DNA from: an uncultured Chloroflexia bacterium
GTDB lineage: Bacteria; Chloroflexota; Limnocylindria; Limnocylindrales; CSP1-4
DNA: 64,000 nt
Assembly: GCA_963833225.1 (NCBI GenBank)
Contig: CAWHXD010000017.1
Span: 64,001-128,000, forward strand
Reading direction: 5' to 3'
Part shown: one piece after another, positions 13,163-23,765 of the stretch
Numbering within the stretch: position 1 is the first letter of the stretch
Layout: every line of letters starts with the position of its first letter
Program-made: the position numbers and the translations under genes
Notes under the pieces: generated by a model
Told to the model about the DNA's origin: nothing
Databases searched by the model: none
Seen by the model: the letters and a program-made list of their open reading frames with translations, nothing else

Positions 13163-14461
13163 TCAACCGTGCCGGTGGCCGGCGTCGGCCCGGGCGAGCT
13201 CGCGGGCCAGGTCCCCGACCCCGACGATCCGCTGCGTCCCGGCGGGGAGGTCGCGGAGCTGCACGTGCCCGTCCTTGAGCTCGTCGCCGAGGATCACCGC
13301 GAAGTGCGCCCCCTCCTTGCCCGCGGCTTCCAGCTGCCGGCCCAGCTTCCGGCGCCCGAGATCGGCCCGGACGCGCAGGCTGGCGGCCCGCAGCTCGGTC
13401 GCCAGACGCAGCCGGGCGACGGTGTCGTCGGGGTCCGCGCCGACGATCACGGCCAGCGGTCCCGACGGGTCCGCCCGGGACGCCGCCGCGTCCGGATCCT
13501 GCTCGGCGATGACGAGGGCCACGCGGTCCAGGCCCACGCCAAACCCGATGCCGGGCGTCGGCCTGCCACCCAGCAGCTCCACGAGCCCGTCGTAGCGACC
13601 GCCGCCACCCAGCGCCTGCTGCTGGCCCTCGCGCCCGGTGACGTAGAACTCGAACGCGGTCCGGGTGTAGTAGTCGAGGCCGCGCACCAGTCCCGCCTCC
13701 ACGCGATACGGCACCCCCAGCGCGTCGAGGTGGGCCTTCACGCTCTCGAAGTGCGCCGAGCACGCCTCGCACAGGCGGTCCGTGATCCGTGGGGCGGCGG
13801 CGTTGAGCGCCGCCATCGCCGGGTCCTTGGAGTCCAGCAGCCGCAGGGCGTTGCGCTCCAGGCGGTCGCGCTCGGTGGGCGGCAGGACGGCCTCATGGCC
13901 GCGGTAGTAGTCAACCAGCTCCGTGATGTAGGCGGGGCGGCAGGCCGGATCGCCGATCGAGTTGAGGAGCACCTCCACGCCGCGGACACCGGCATCGGCG
14001 ATGAACCGGGTGGCCAGCTCGATGATCTCGGCGTCGACGGCCGGGCCTGCATCTCCGATGGCCTCCGCGTCAAACTGCCAGAACTGCCGGTACCGCCCCG
14101 CCTGGGGCCGGTCGTAGCGGAACATGGGGCCCGTGGCCGTGAGCTTCACCGGCTGGGGCAGGGTCTGCATCCCGTGCTGGACGTAGGCGCGGGCAATGCC
14201 CGCGGTCGGCTCCGGGCGCAGGGCCCACGACTCGCCGTCCTCGGTCCGCGGCGCGATCCGGAACAGCTCCTTCTCCACGATGTCGGTGACGCTCCCGATC
14301 CCGCGTTCGAAGACGGCGCTCTGCTCGAACAGCGGCGTCTCGATCGGCCGGTAGCCGTAGCGGCCCGTGAGGTCCGCCGCGAGCCGGCCGAGCCGGTCGA
14401 AGGTGGCCTTCTCGTCGGGAAGGAGATCGCGGGTGCCCCTGGGGGCTCGGTAGGTGGGCAT
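13163..14461 (-). CDS. hisS: Histidine--tRNA ligase
   Basis: APRGTRD, LRPEPTA, FRYDRPQAGRYRQF, LVRGLDYY, GGGRYDG and an anticodon-binding C-terminal domain. Confidence 0.97.
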   Translation of the reverse strand: MPTYRAPRGTRDLLPDEKATFDRLGRLAADLTGRYGYRPIETPLFEQSAVFERGIGSVTDIVEKELFRIAPRTEDGESWALRPEPTAGIARAYVQHGMQTLPQPVKLTATGPMFRYDRPQAGRYRQFWQFDAEAIGDAGPAVDAEIIELATRFIADAGVRGVEVLLNSIGDPACRPAYITELVDYYRGHEAVLPPTERDRLERNALRLLDSKDPAMAALNAAAPRITDRLCEACSAHFESVKAHLDALGVPYRVEAGLVRGLDYYTRTAFEFYVTGREGQQQALGGGGRYDGLVELLGGRPTPGIGFGVGLDRVALVIAEQDPDAAASRADPSGPLAVIVGADPDDTVARLRLATELRAASLRVRADLGRRKLGRQLEAAGKEGAHFAVILGDELKDGHVQLRDLPAGTQRIVGVGDLARELARADAGHRHG

Positions 14462-14501
14462 CGTGGGCAAGTCTAGCCCTCGCCCACCCCGCCAGCGGGG
14501 C

Positions 14502-14852
14502 TCAGCCGGAGCGGAGCAGCCAGACGAAGGTCACGCCCAGGACCGCGAGGACGAGCCCCGCCCCTGCCGCCACCGTGATCGAGGTCCATGCCGGGAGGAA
14601 GCCCAGCTGGTCGATCTGGCGACGGCCGCTGCGGTAGCGATAGAGCCCGATCACCACGGCGGCCGCGCCGGTCCCGATGACCAGCGTCGACAGGATCCTG
14701 ACGAGCGGGATGCCCGGGTCGGCGTTGCGGGTCAGGAACTGGGCTGCCGCGAGCCCGAGGGCGATCAGCGTGACCCCGGTGCGGAACCAGGCCAGGAAGG
14801 TCCGCTCGTTGGCGAGGTGCGTGCGCGCCCGGGAGTCGGGATCGGTATCCAT
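14502..14852 (-). CDS. DUF202 / YidH family membrane protein
   Basis: Signature RTHLANERTFLAWFRT and three TM helices. Confidence 0.9.
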   Translation of the reverse strand: MDTDPDSRARTHLANERTFLAWFRTGVTLIALGLAAAQFLTRNADPGIPLVRILSTLVIGTGAAAVVIGLYRYRSGRRQIDQLGFLPAWTSITVAAGAGLVLAVLGVTFVWLLRSG

Positions 14853-14892
14853 CGCCCGAAGGATACGTCCGGTCCGCGCCCGACAACCCTAA

Positions 14893-14923
14893 CGTTCACG
14901 TGAACGGCAATGTTTGCTACGCT
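14893..14923 (+). promoter_or_regulatory. merR-MFS promoter with a perfect 14-bp palindrome (putative MerR operator) over the -35
   Basis: CGTTCACGTGAACG at 14893-14906. -35 TTCACG (14895), 17-bp spacer, extended -10 TGcTACGCT (hexamer 14918-14923), GTG start 6 nt later. Confidence 0.7.
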
Positions 14924-14929
14924 GGACCG

Positions 14930-15436
14930 GTGACCGAGACCGAGATGCCTCCCCGCCTGCTGCGTATCCAGGAGGTTGCCGCGGACACCGGCCTCACCCC
15001 GCGGGCCATCCGCTACTACGAGGAGGTTGGCCTGCTGGCGCCGGCCGCCCGATCCGAGGGTGCCTACCGGCTCTACGACGCCGAGGATCTCGAGCGCCTG
15101 CGCTTCATCCGCGGGCTCCGCGACGACGCCGGCTTCTCGCTTTCGGAGATCCGCCAGCTGCTCGTGGACGAGGAGGCGCGTACGCGCAACCGCGACCGCT
15201 TCCGCACGACCACCGATGTGACCGAGCGGCGGCGCATCCTCAGCGACGCCATCGCGATCGTCGACCGCCAGGTGGCCACGCTGCGCGCCAAGGTCGACCG
15301 CCTGGAGGCGATGGTCGCCGAGGCTACCGAGCGGCGGTCGCACCTCGTCAGCCACCTCGAGGATCTCGATGCGGGTCGCGAGCCCGGGCACTCCCACGCC
15401 GCGCCGCGGGACCGTGGGACCGGGGGCGCGAGTTGA
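14930..15436 (+). CDS. MerR family transcriptional regulator
   Basis: IQEVAADTGLTPRAIRYYEEVGLL.P..RSEGAYRLY...GFSLSEI helix-turn-helix followed by a coiled coil. Confidence 0.93.
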   Translation: MTETEMPPRLLRIQEVAADTGLTPRAIRYYEEVGLLAPAARSEGAYRLYDAEDLERLRFIRGLRDDAGFSLSEIRQLLVDEEARTRNRDRFRTTTDVTERRRILSDAIAIVDRQVATLRAKVDRLEAMVAEATERRSHLVSHLEDLDAGREPGHSHAAPRDRGTGGAS

Positions 15437-16786
15437 TCCGCGATCCGAAGCGCGGCCTGCCCTCCTTCGGGGCGGGCTTCGCCCTGCGCAACGGTGGCCG
15501 TGCGTTCCGCCATCGCAACTACCGGCTGTTCTTTGCCGGCCAGCTGACATCGCTGGTCGGCACCTGGATGCAACAGGTTGCCCAGGCGTGGCTCGTGCTC
15601 AAGATCACCAATGACCCGTTCATGCTGGGTCTCGTGACGGCGCTGGCCTTCCTGCCGGTGCTCGCCCTGGGCCTGTTCGGCGGTGTCCTCGCGGACGCGC
15701 TTCCCAAGCGCCGGACGCTGATGGCTACCCAGTCCATCCAGATGACGCTCGCCTTCGTCCTGTTCGGCCTCGTCGTGACCGACACCGTGCAGGTGTGGCA
15801 CATCCTGGTCCTCGCGGGGCTGCTGGGCATCACCAACGCGGTGGACATGCCCACCCGGCAGGCGTTCACGGTGGAGATGGTCGGCCGCGACGACATCGCG
15901 AACGCCGTCGCCCTCAACTCGGCCATCTTCAACGGCGCACGGATCATCGGGCCCGCCATCGCCGGCCTCACGATCGGCGCGTTCGGCGGCGATGTCTCGA
16001 TGGCGTTCCTGATCAACGGGTTCAGCTTCCTGGCCGTGATCGTCGCCTACGCGGCGATGCGCCAGGAGGACCTGCACAACCCGCCGCCGATCCTCCGGCC
16101 CCGCACCGTCCGCGAGGTCAGGAGCACGATCGCCGGCGGGCTCCGTTACGTCCGGCACACGGACCTGGTGCTGCTGGTGACCCTCAACGTGGCCATCGTC
16201 GCCACCTTCGGCATGAACTTCGGGGTCACGATCCCGGCGCTCGCGCAGCAGGTGCTCCACACCGATGCCACCGGCTACGGCTTCCTCATGACCGCGTCCG
16301 GGATCGGGTCGCTGGTCGCCGCCCTTTCGATTGCCTTCTCCGGGAAGTCGAGACCGGTGCTGGTCCCGCTCGGCGCAATCCTGCTCGGCATCGCGCTCAC
16401 GGCCGCCGCCCTGCTCCAGGTGTATGCGCTGGCGATCGTCGCGATGCTGTTCGTGGGCCTCGGTGCCATCGGCATGGCCGCGACCGCCAACACCACGATC
16501 CAGCTGGCCGTCCCCGACGAGCTCCGAGGCCGGGTCGATCAGCGTGTACACCACGGTGTTCGTGGGCTCCACGCCGATCGGGGGCCTGCTCATGGGCTGG
16601 ATCGCGTCAGCGTTCGGGGTGGACGTGTCGCTCGCGGTGGGCGGCATCGGGGCCGTGGTGACCGGGGCCATCATGCTTGCCTGGATGCGGCGCATCCGCG
16701 GCGGTGCGCTGTTCGCCGCCACGACCAGCTCGCCGCGGCCGGGCTCCAAGGGCGGCCCGATCCCGGCGCCCGCCCGGCCCCGCTGA
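15433..16786 (+). CDS. MFS transporter (MFS_3/DUF894-like), one +1 frameshift near 16537
   Basis: FRHRNYRLFFAGQLTSLVGTWMQ, GGVLADALPKRR, DMPTRQAF and AVALNS. LRGRV continues as ISVYTTVFVGSTPIGG in the frame of ORF 16331..16786. TTG start overlaps the merR stop. Confidence 0.88.
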
Positions 16787-16834
16787 CCCCGGCTCTGGTG
16801 AGCTCCGCGTCCCGGCGCCGGGGCGCCTGTCCGG

Positions 16835-19117
16835 CTAGCCCAGCTCGCGCTGGACGCTGAGGACGTCCTTGAGCTGCTCGACGCGGCTCATGACCTTCGC
16901 CAGCTGCGCGACCGAGCCCACCTGGACGGTCATCGTGATGATCGCCGTGTGGTCCATGCTGACGCCCACGTTGGCGGCCAGGATGTTGACCTTGTTCTCG
17001 GCCATGACCTGCGTGATCTCCGACAGCAGGCCGGTCCGGTCGTAGGCTTCCACCCGGATCGCGATCGGGTAGGTCTGGGCCGCGGCCGCCTCCCACTCGA
17101 CCTCGATCAGGCGGGTGACCTCGCGCTCGTTCACGACGGTCGAGCAGGTCCGGAGGTGGACCGTGATCCCCTTGCCCCGGGTGATGAACCCCTGGATGGG
17201 ATCGCCGGGGATGGGGTGGCAGCACTTGCCAAACCGGACCAGGAGGTCGCCGACCCCCTTGACCCGGACCCCACCGGTCCGCGCGGGCTGGGCCGGCGCG
17301 ATCGTGGGCAGCGCCACCTGATCGTCACCGAGCACGCCCAGGCGCATGACCACCTGCTGGGTGGAGACGGCGCCATAGCCGATGGCGGCATAGAAGTCGT
17401 CGAGCGTGTCGTGGCCGTACGCCTTCCCGACGTCGGCGATCAGGTCATTGCCCACGGCCTGGATGCTGGTCCGTGCCAGGCGCCGGAGCTCGCGCTCGAG
17501 GCTCTCCCGCCCGTGGACGATGTTCTCCGTGCGGTCCTTCTTCTTGAACCACTGGCGGATCTTCTCCCGGGCGTGCGACGTGCGGACGATGTTCAACCAG
17601 TCTCGCGACGGACCGTGCTCGCCCTTGGTGGTCACGATCTCGACGATGTCGCCGTTCTTGAGCCGGTAGTCGAGCGGGACCAGCCGGTTGTTGACCTTGG
17701 CGCCGATCGTGCGGTGGCCGATGTCGGTGTGGATTCGGTAGGCGAAGTCGAGCGGGGTCGCACCGGCGGGCAGGTCCTTGACGTCGCCGCGCGGCGTGAA
17801 CACGAACACCTGGTCCTGGAAGATGTCGAGCTTGATCCCCTCGACGAACTCGGTCGCGTCCGATTCGCTGACGTCCCGCTGCCATTCCATCAGCTGGCGC
17901 AGCCAGGCGAGCTTCGCGTCGTAGTCGCGCTCCGCCTTGGACCCCTCCTTGTACCGCCAGTGGGCGGCGATCCCCACCTCGCTCACCTGGTGCATGGCGT
18001 GGGTCCGGATCTGGATCTCGAGCGGCTTGCCGTCGAGCGCGATCACGGCCGTGTGCAGCGACTGGTAGAGGTTGTTCTTGGGGACCGCGATGTAGTCGTC
18101 GAACTGGCCCGGGATCGGGCGCCACAGGGCGTGGACGGTGCCCAGCGCCGCGTAGCAGTCGCGGATGTCGTCGACCAGGAGCCGGATCGCGTAGACGTCG
18201 TAGATCTCGCCGAACTCGGCCCCCTTGCGCTCCATCTTCTTCCAGATGCTGTAGATGTGCTTGGGCCGTCCCTGGAGCTCGGCGACGATCCCGGCGGCCT
18301 CGAGGCGCGGCTTGAGCTCCTCGATCGCCCGATCGATGTAGCTCTCGCGACCCTGGCGGCGGGTGTCGAGGAGCTTGGCCAGATCGCGATAGGCCTCGGG
18401 CTCGAGAACCTTGAAGCTCAGGTCCTCCAGCTCCCACTTGATCTGCCAGATCCCGAGGCGCTCGGCCAGGGGGGCGTAGATCTCCATGGTCTGGCCGGCG
18501 ATGCGCTCCTGCTTCTCCGGCCGGAGGTACTCCAGCGTACGCATGTTGTGGAGCCGGTCGGCGAGCTTGATGAGCACCACCCGGATGTCATCCGCCATGG
18601 CCAGGAACATCTTGCGGATGCTCTCCGCCTGCTGCTGCTCGTGGCTGTGGGTGCTGAACTTGGACAGCTTCGTCACGCCATCGACCAGGTGGGCGATCTC
18701 CGGTCCGAACTGCTCCTCGACGTCCGCGAGGCTGAACTCCGTGTCCTCCGGCACATCGTGGATCAGCGCGGCGGCGACGGCCACGGGGTCGATGCCCATC
18801 TCCGCGAGGATCTGGGCGGCGGCGATCGGATGCGTGACGTACGGGTCACCGGATGCCCGGACCTGCGACCGGTGGGCCTCCACGGCCATGTCGAAGGCCT
18901 TCTCGACCACGCTCAGGTCGGCCTGCGGGTGGGCCTGCCGCATGGCATCGAGCAACCGGGAGCGGTACGAGGTGGCGTCGAACGGCACCTCCGCCCGACC
19001 GGCCGGGCCGCGCTCGGCGACCGGGGTCGGTGGCTTGGAACCGCGGCGCCTCGTGGACGTGCTCGTCCGGCCCCCGTCGAGGGGCTGCTCCGGATCGCGC
19101 ACCACGGGTTCAGCCAT
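16835..19117 (-). CDS. relA: Bifunctional (p)ppGpp synthetase/hydrolase Rel
   Basis: Intact HD domain (PYVTHP, IHDVPED), KLADRLHNMRTL, GRPKHIYS, YQSLHT, TGS (DFAYRIHT), KCCHP and an ACT domain. Confidence 0.96.
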   Translation of the reverse strand: MAEPVVRDPEQPLDGGRTSTSTRRRGSKPPTPVAERGPAGRAEVPFDATSYRSRLLDAMRQAHPQADLSVVEKAFDMAVEAHRSQVRASGDPYVTHPIAAAQILAEMGIDPVAVAAALIHDVPEDTEFSLADVEEQFGPEIAHLVDGVTKLSKFSTHSHEQQQAESIRKMFLAMADDIRVVLIKLADRLHNMRTLEYLRPEKQERIAGQTMEIYAPLAERLGIWQIKWELEDLSFKVLEPEAYRDLAKLLDTRRQGRESYIDRAIEELKPRLEAAGIVAELQGRPKHIYSIWKKMERKGAEFGEIYDVYAIRLLVDDIRDCYAALGTVHALWRPIPGQFDDYIAVPKNNLYQSLHTAVIALDGKPLEIQIRTHAMHQVSEVGIAAHWRYKEGSKAERDYDAKLAWLRQLMEWQRDVSESDATEFVEGIKLDIFQDQVFVFTPRGDVKDLPAGATPLDFAYRIHTDIGHRTIGAKVNNRLVPLDYRLKNGDIVEIVTTKGEHGPSRDWLNIVRTSHAREKIRQWFKKKDRTENIVHGRESLERELRRLARTSIQAVGNDLIADVGKAYGHDTLDDFYAAIGYGAVSTQQVVMRLGVLGDDQVALPTIAPAQPARTGGVRVKGVGDLLVRFGKCCHPIPGDPIQGFITRGKGITVHLRTCSTVVNEREVTRLIEVEWEAAAAQTYPIAIRVEAYDRTGLLSEITQVMAENKVNILAANVGVSMDHTAIITMTVQVGSVAQLAKVMSRVEQLKDVLSVQRELG

Positions 19118-19156
19118 GTCCCGGAGTCTACCCCGTGGGCCCGACGGGCTCCCGCG

Positions 19157-19874
19157 TCAGCCCAGGAGATCCACGACAAGATCGCCGGTCAGCTGGAGGT
19201 CGCCGCCATCGGTGACCAGCACGGACGTCAGCTCGATCGGGATGTCCTCCCCACCCCGGAGCAGGACGATCGGGGCGCCGTCCTGGAGTGGCTCGTCGGG
19301 CCGCAGGACCAGGTTGCCGGCGCGGGTCACGGCCAGCCGGCCGGTGATCGTCACCCCCGCCTTGATGACCAGCCGGTCCGGGGCCTCGAGGCGCACCGAG
19401 GAGGGGCGCACGCCGAGCTCCGCCTCGACCGCCGCCGAGACCACGTTCCTTGCCTCCCGGTTCGAGATGACCGTCGTCGTCGTGATCGTGATCGCCGCCT
19501 CCGAGCAGGGTGATCGTCTCGACCGCCAGGTCCCGACCGTCGGGGGTCCTGATGGTCACGTCCCGCAGCTCGCCGTCCACGACCGCCACGCTGCGGTCCA
19601 GGATCCGGACGTCGCCCAGGGCGAGGTCGAGGGCGCCGATCCGCATCCCCCGGAACGTGGCATCGGTGGCCGTCACCCGGACCGTGTCGGCGTGCAGGCC
19701 GAGGAGATCCGTCGGCGGGCTGGACGAGACCGTGACGGCCGTGTCCTCGGCCACCAGGCCGGCCGCCGAGACACCCACCTTGAAGATGGCGCCGGCAACC
19801 GCCGGGAGACCCACGATCACGATGAACGCGATCACGATCGCGCCCAGCATCAGGGTGAACAGGCAGCCGCGCAC
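19157..19874 (-). CDS. Membrane-anchored beta-rich protein (DUF2993/LmeA-like), frameshift near 19493
   Basis: N-terminal TM in ORF 19128..19874. After TITLLGGG the plausible reading continues ITITTTTVISNREARNVVSAAVEAELG into ORF 19157..19444. Confidence 0.55.
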
Positions 19875-19879
19875 GAGCC

Positions 19880-21523
19880 CTAGGTGCCCGTCCAGCCCAT
19901 CGCCGCGAGCGTCTCGCGAGCGACCGCGGCCTCATCCCACCGGATCGCGTGGTCGGCATAGAGGATGGTCGGCTCGTGCCCCTTGCCGGCGAGCAGCACG
20001 ATGTCGCCCGGACGGGCCCGCTCGAAGGCGGCGCCGATCGCCTCGCGGCGGTCCGGGATCCCGAGGACGTCGACACCCCGCCGGCGGCCCGACGCCTCCG
20101 CTCCCCGGACGATCTCGTCCACGATGGCCCCGGGGTCCTCGCCCCGGGGATCCTCGTCCGCGGCAACGACCAGCCGGCATCGTTCGCCGGCGATCCGGCC
20201 CATCACCGCTCGCTTGGCGGTGTCGCGCTCACCGGCCGATCCAAACACGGCGATCAATCCGCCACCGCGGGCGGCCGCGACGGGTGCCAGCAGGCCGAGC
20301 ACCACCTCGAGCGAGGCCGGGGAGTGCGCGTAGTCGACGATCACGCCGAACGGCTGGCCCGCGTCGATCCGCTCCATCCTGCCCGGCACGGCCTCGACGC
20401 CCTCGAGGCCGTCGCGCACGGCCGCCGGGTCCAGCCCCAGGCCCTCGCCCAGCGCAACCACCGCAAGGGCATTGTGGACGTTGAACCGCCCGGCCAGCCG
20501 GAGCTCGAGCGCGCCCTCGCCCGACGGGGCCGTGAACCGGATCCGGAGGCGGCTCGCATCCTCCTCGATCGCCATGGCCCGGACGTCCGCGGAGGGACCC
20601 GTGCCATAGCCGATCAGGGTGGCCCCCGCGTCGCGCGCGGCGGCCTCGAACATCGGGGCGGCGGGATCATCGCGGTTGACGACCGCCAGCCTGGGCCACG
20701 GGCGGTCGTTGACAACCTTGGCCGGGAGCCCGGAGCCGGCCGCCAGCGCCGTGAACAGGCGGAGCTTGGCGGCGCGATAGCGCTCGAAGGTCCCGTGCAG
20801 ATCGAGGTGCTCGTGGGTGAGGTTGGTGAACACCGCCGCGTCGAAGGCCACGCCGGCGACGCGATCGAGCTCGAGGGCGTGCGATGTCGTTTCGACCACC
20901 GCGGCGGCGTTTCCGGAACGGACCATCGCGCGCAGGGTGGCCTGGAGCGCGGGCGCGGCCGGTGTGGTGGCATGGGCCTCGTGGCGTTCGCGCAGCGCGC
21001 CGACCTTCGTCTCCACGGTCCCGATCAGCCCGGTCGCGATCCCGGCCGCCTCGAGCGCCGCCACGGCGAGGTAGGTGGTCGTCGTCTTGCCGTCGGTGCC
21101 CGTGACCCCGACGATGCCCAGCTCGTGCGACGGATCCCCATACCACCAGGCCGCCGCGGCAGCGAGGGCGGAGCGCGTGGCGCTCACGACGAGCTGCGGG
21201 ATCGGGACCTGCGGCACGTAGCGCTCGACGATCGCCGCCGGTGCGCCGGCCGTCGCCGCCCGAGCCAGGTAGTCGTGGCCATCCACGTGGAACCCGGGGA
21301 CCGCGACGAACAGCGCGCCGGCACCGGCCTGCCGCGAGTCCTCGGTGACACCTCGGACCTCGATCCGGGCAAGCGCGGCGGCCGCCGCGGGCGCTCCGCC
21401 GACGTGGGCGCCCTGGACGAGACCGGCAGCGTCCAGCCGGTCCAGCAGCCCGGACAGGGGCCGCGGGTCTCGAGGCTCGGCGTCGCCGATCAGTCGGGCG
21501 ATGGGCGACGGCAGGCGACTCAT
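19880..21523 (-). CDS. murE: UDP-MurNAc-tripeptide synthetase MurE
   Basis: DSR...G.LFVAVPG..VDGHDY, GVTGTDGKTTT, TNLTHEHLDLH, YRAAK, VPGRME, VDYAHSP, GSAGERD, EDPR and LAGKGHE. ATG overlaps the upstream stop. Confidence 0.95.
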   Translation of the reverse strand: MSRLPSPIARLIGDAEPRDPRPLSGLLDRLDAAGLVQGAHVGGAPAAAAALARIEVRGVTEDSRQAGAGALFVAVPGFHVDGHDYLARAATAGAPAAIVERYVPQVPIPQLVVSATRSALAAAAAWWYGDPSHELGIVGVTGTDGKTTTTYLAVAALEAAGIATGLIGTVETKVGALRERHEAHATTPAAPALQATLRAMVRSGNAAAVVETTSHALELDRVAGVAFDAAVFTNLTHEHLDLHGTFERYRAAKLRLFTALAAGSGLPAKVVNDRPWPRLAVVNRDDPAAPMFEAAARDAGATLIGYGTGPSADVRAMAIEEDASRLRIRFTAPSGEGALELRLAGRFNVHNALAVVALGEGLGLDPAAVRDGLEGVEAVPGRMERIDAGQPFGVIVDYAHSPASLEVVLGLLAPVAAARGGGLIAVFGSAGERDTAKRAVMGRIAGERCRLVVAADEDPRGEDPGAIVDEIVRGAEASGRRRGVDVLGIPDRREAIGAAFERARPGDIVLLAGKGHEPTILYADHAIRWDEAAVARETLAAMGWTGT

Positions 21524-22674
21524 GCCGCTCCCCCACCCCGCCCGGCGACCCGGACGAGCCTGGACACGGTGCGACCAAGGGCGTAGCGCCACGGGCGTGC
21601 CACGTGCTCGTGCGCGCCCGCCAGGGCGACCCACGCCGCGCCGAACGAGCGCTTGTGCTCGTACAGGCCGAACGTCGGTTCGCCTTCGAGCGGGATCCGG
21701 CGCGCGCCGGGCGTGTCCACCCCGCCGAGATCCATCTCGGTCCGGCCCTCCGCCAGCGCGAGCTGGATCGCCCGCCAGCGCAGCAGGTGCATCGCCCCGG
21801 GATGGTCCCGGCGCCGCTCCGCGCGGTCGGCGGAGTGGACCGTCGAGAGCCGCCCGCCGTGCCGGTACAGCACCAGCCCCGCGAGCACATCGCCATCGGC
21901 GGCGCCCTCGCGGGCCTCCAGGTAGACCAGGTGTCCCGCCGCCAGCGCCCGTCGCCACCAGGAGGTGAACTCGGCCGGACCGGCGAAGCCGAAGCCACGC
22001 CGCTCGCCGGTGGCGCGCAGCAGGCCATAGAAGCGATCCAGCGCCGGCCCGGCGTCCTCGTGGGGCGCGACCGTGCGGTCTCCATCCCACGGGCCGGCAT
22101 CGTGCTGGACCACGACCACCCGGTCGCGCTCGGCGCGGCGGATGCGCTGGCGGGTGGCCTTGGCGATGCCGTCGAACACCGCGGCCTCATCGGCGGCGAG
22201 GCTGAGCGCCATCCGGTGCCGCGACGGCTGGATCTCGTCGATCGCGTGGAACCCACCCGACGCGAGCGCCGCCTGGTAGGACGTGTCGTCCGCGGCGACC
22301 TCCGGGTCGGCGGCCAGGACATCGATCCCGTCCGCCGTCAGGTGCGCAGCGACCGCCGCGATCGCCCCGCCGACCACGGCTCCGGCGCCGGGCACCGCGC
22401 CCGCCCCATCGAACGACCAGGCCACGGCCTGGCCCACCGGCCCCCGCGGCGCGTAGGCCGATCCACCACCGACCAGCGGCCAACGACGCACGAGGACGAG
22501 CGTCCGCGTCTCGCCGACCGCGAGAAACCGCGGCATCCAGCCGCCCGTGCGCCGGTGCTCGGCCCAGGCCCGCGACTGGAGGACATGGCCGCCGGGGACG
22601 TCGACGGCACCCGCGTCCCAATCGGCGAGCGCCGCGCCCTCGAGCTCGGTGACGGGCATCGTGGCCGCCGTCAC
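21520..22674 (-). CDS. FemABX/MurM family peptidyl transferase (copy 2)
   Basis: HVLQSRAWA, YAPRGP, IQP, TRQRIRRAER, HLLRWRAI, DLGG and GLYEHKRSFG. GTG 22674 is coupled to the upstream stop. Confidence 0.88.
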   Translation of the reverse strand: MTAATMPVTELEGAALADWDAGAVDVPGGHVLQSRAWAEHRRTGGWMPRFLAVGETRTLVLVRRWPLVGGGSAYAPRGPVGQAVAWSFDGAGAVPGAGAVVGGAIAAVAAHLTADGIDVLAADPEVAADDTSYQAALASGGFHAIDEIQPSRHRMALSLAADEAAVFDGIAKATRQRIRRAERDRVVVVQHDAGPWDGDRTVAPHEDAGPALDRFYGLLRATGERRGFGFAGPAEFTSWWRRALAAGHLVYLEAREGAADGDVLAGLVLYRHGGRLSTVHSADRAERRRDHPGAMHLLRWRAIQLALAEGRTEMDLGGVDTPGARRIPLEGEPTFGLYEHKRSFGAAWVALAGAHEHVARPWRYALGRTVSRLVRVAGRGGGAA

Positions 22675-23765
22675 CCGTCGCCTCCGGCGTCGCCCCCGTA
22701 GCCGGCGGCCGTGGTGCCCCCCGCGCCCCGCAGCCCATGCCGCATCCGCTCGACGCGGACCCGCGCCCGCTGGGCGACGCTGTAGGTCCGGCGCCCGAAC
22801 GGGTCGAGCACGAGATCCCACGCCCCGATGTAGCGGACCTCGCGGCCCCCGAAGCCCGTCTTGAAGTGGTCGATCCCGGCATGCGCGAGGCCCCACAGGT
22901 CGTAGCTGTTCGCCCCGGCCGCCTTGGAGCTGCGGATCGCCTCCCACTTGAGCAGGTAGTTGGCGCGTGAGTCGGCGCCCGCCGGCGTCATCCCCCCATA
23001 GGGCTCCACGACCCGGGTCCCCGCCCGGACCAGGAACAGCGTCGCGACCGGCTCGCCATCGGGCAGCTGGGCAAACAGCAGGCGTGCTCGACCGTCCGGT
23101 CCGAAGGCGTCCCAGGCATCCCGGTAGGCCGACTGGGCCCGGATCAGGAAGCCGGCGCGATCTGCCGTCTCGCGGTAGATCCGGTAGAAGTCGTCGAGGC
23201 GCTCCGCGCCGGCATCGACCACCTGGATCCCACCGGTGCGGGCCTTGTTGACGTACTGCCGCCACTTCTTGCGCAGACCGCCCCACAGGGCATCCTCATC
23301 CGCCTGGAGGTCGATGACCCGGGTGCTGGCCGGCTGGATCGCCGGCGACGGCCGCCACCCCGCGCGCTGCAGCGCCCCGGTGATGGCGTCCCCGTCGTCG
23401 GGGCCGGCGCCGTGCTCGATCTCGGGGTCGATCGTGAGGTGGCTGACGCGTGCCCCGTCGCGCAACCGACCGGCCGCCAGCTCCGTGAACGTTACGACGG
23501 CCTCCGGGACCCAGCGCTCCAGCACCGGGCCGCGTGGGGCATAGGCGAGAGCCCACGGCAACGGCCCGGGGCGGCGGAGGAGCACCTGGGCGCCCACGCC
23601 CCCGGCCGGGTCGGCCAGGCGGCGGGCTGTCCAGCCATTCACGGCCTTGACCCGGGCCCACCCGGAGAGCTGGAGGTACGAGCCCCGCGGGTTCGCCTCG
23701 ACCAGCGCGTCCCACGCGGCGGGCGCGACGTCACCCTCGACCGAAGCCGGGATGCGCGCGGTCAT
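22671..23765 (-). CDS. FemABX/MurM family peptidyl transferase (copy 1)
   Basis: SYLQLSGWARVK, YAPRGP, IQPAST..IDL, KKWRQYVNKA, NYLLKWEAI, YDLWG and HFKTGFGG. Confidence 0.92.
   Translation of the reverse strand: MTARIPASVEGDVAPAAWDALVEANPRGSYLQLSGWARVKAVNGWTARRLADPAGGVGAQVLLRRPGPLPWALAYAPRGPVLERWVPEAVVTFTELAAGRLRDGARVSHLTIDPEIEHGAGPDDGDAITGALQRAGWRPSPAIQPASTRVIDLQADEDALWGGLRKKWRQYVNKARTGGIQVVDAGAERLDDFYRIYRETADRAGFLIRAQSAYRDAWDAFGPDGRARLLFAQLPDGEPVATLFLVRAGTRVVEPYGGMTPAGADSRANYLLKWEAIRSSKAAGANSYDLWGLAHAGIDHFKTGFGGREVRYIGAWDLVLDPFGRRTYSVAQRARVRVERMRHGLRGAGGTTAAGYGGDAGGDG

Noticed and set aside
10985-14500. T-box or other riboswitch leaders before aspS and hisS (also alaS and trpB2)
   Set aside because: The leaders are absent or too short (leaderless or under about 60 nt), and no T-box consensus is visible.
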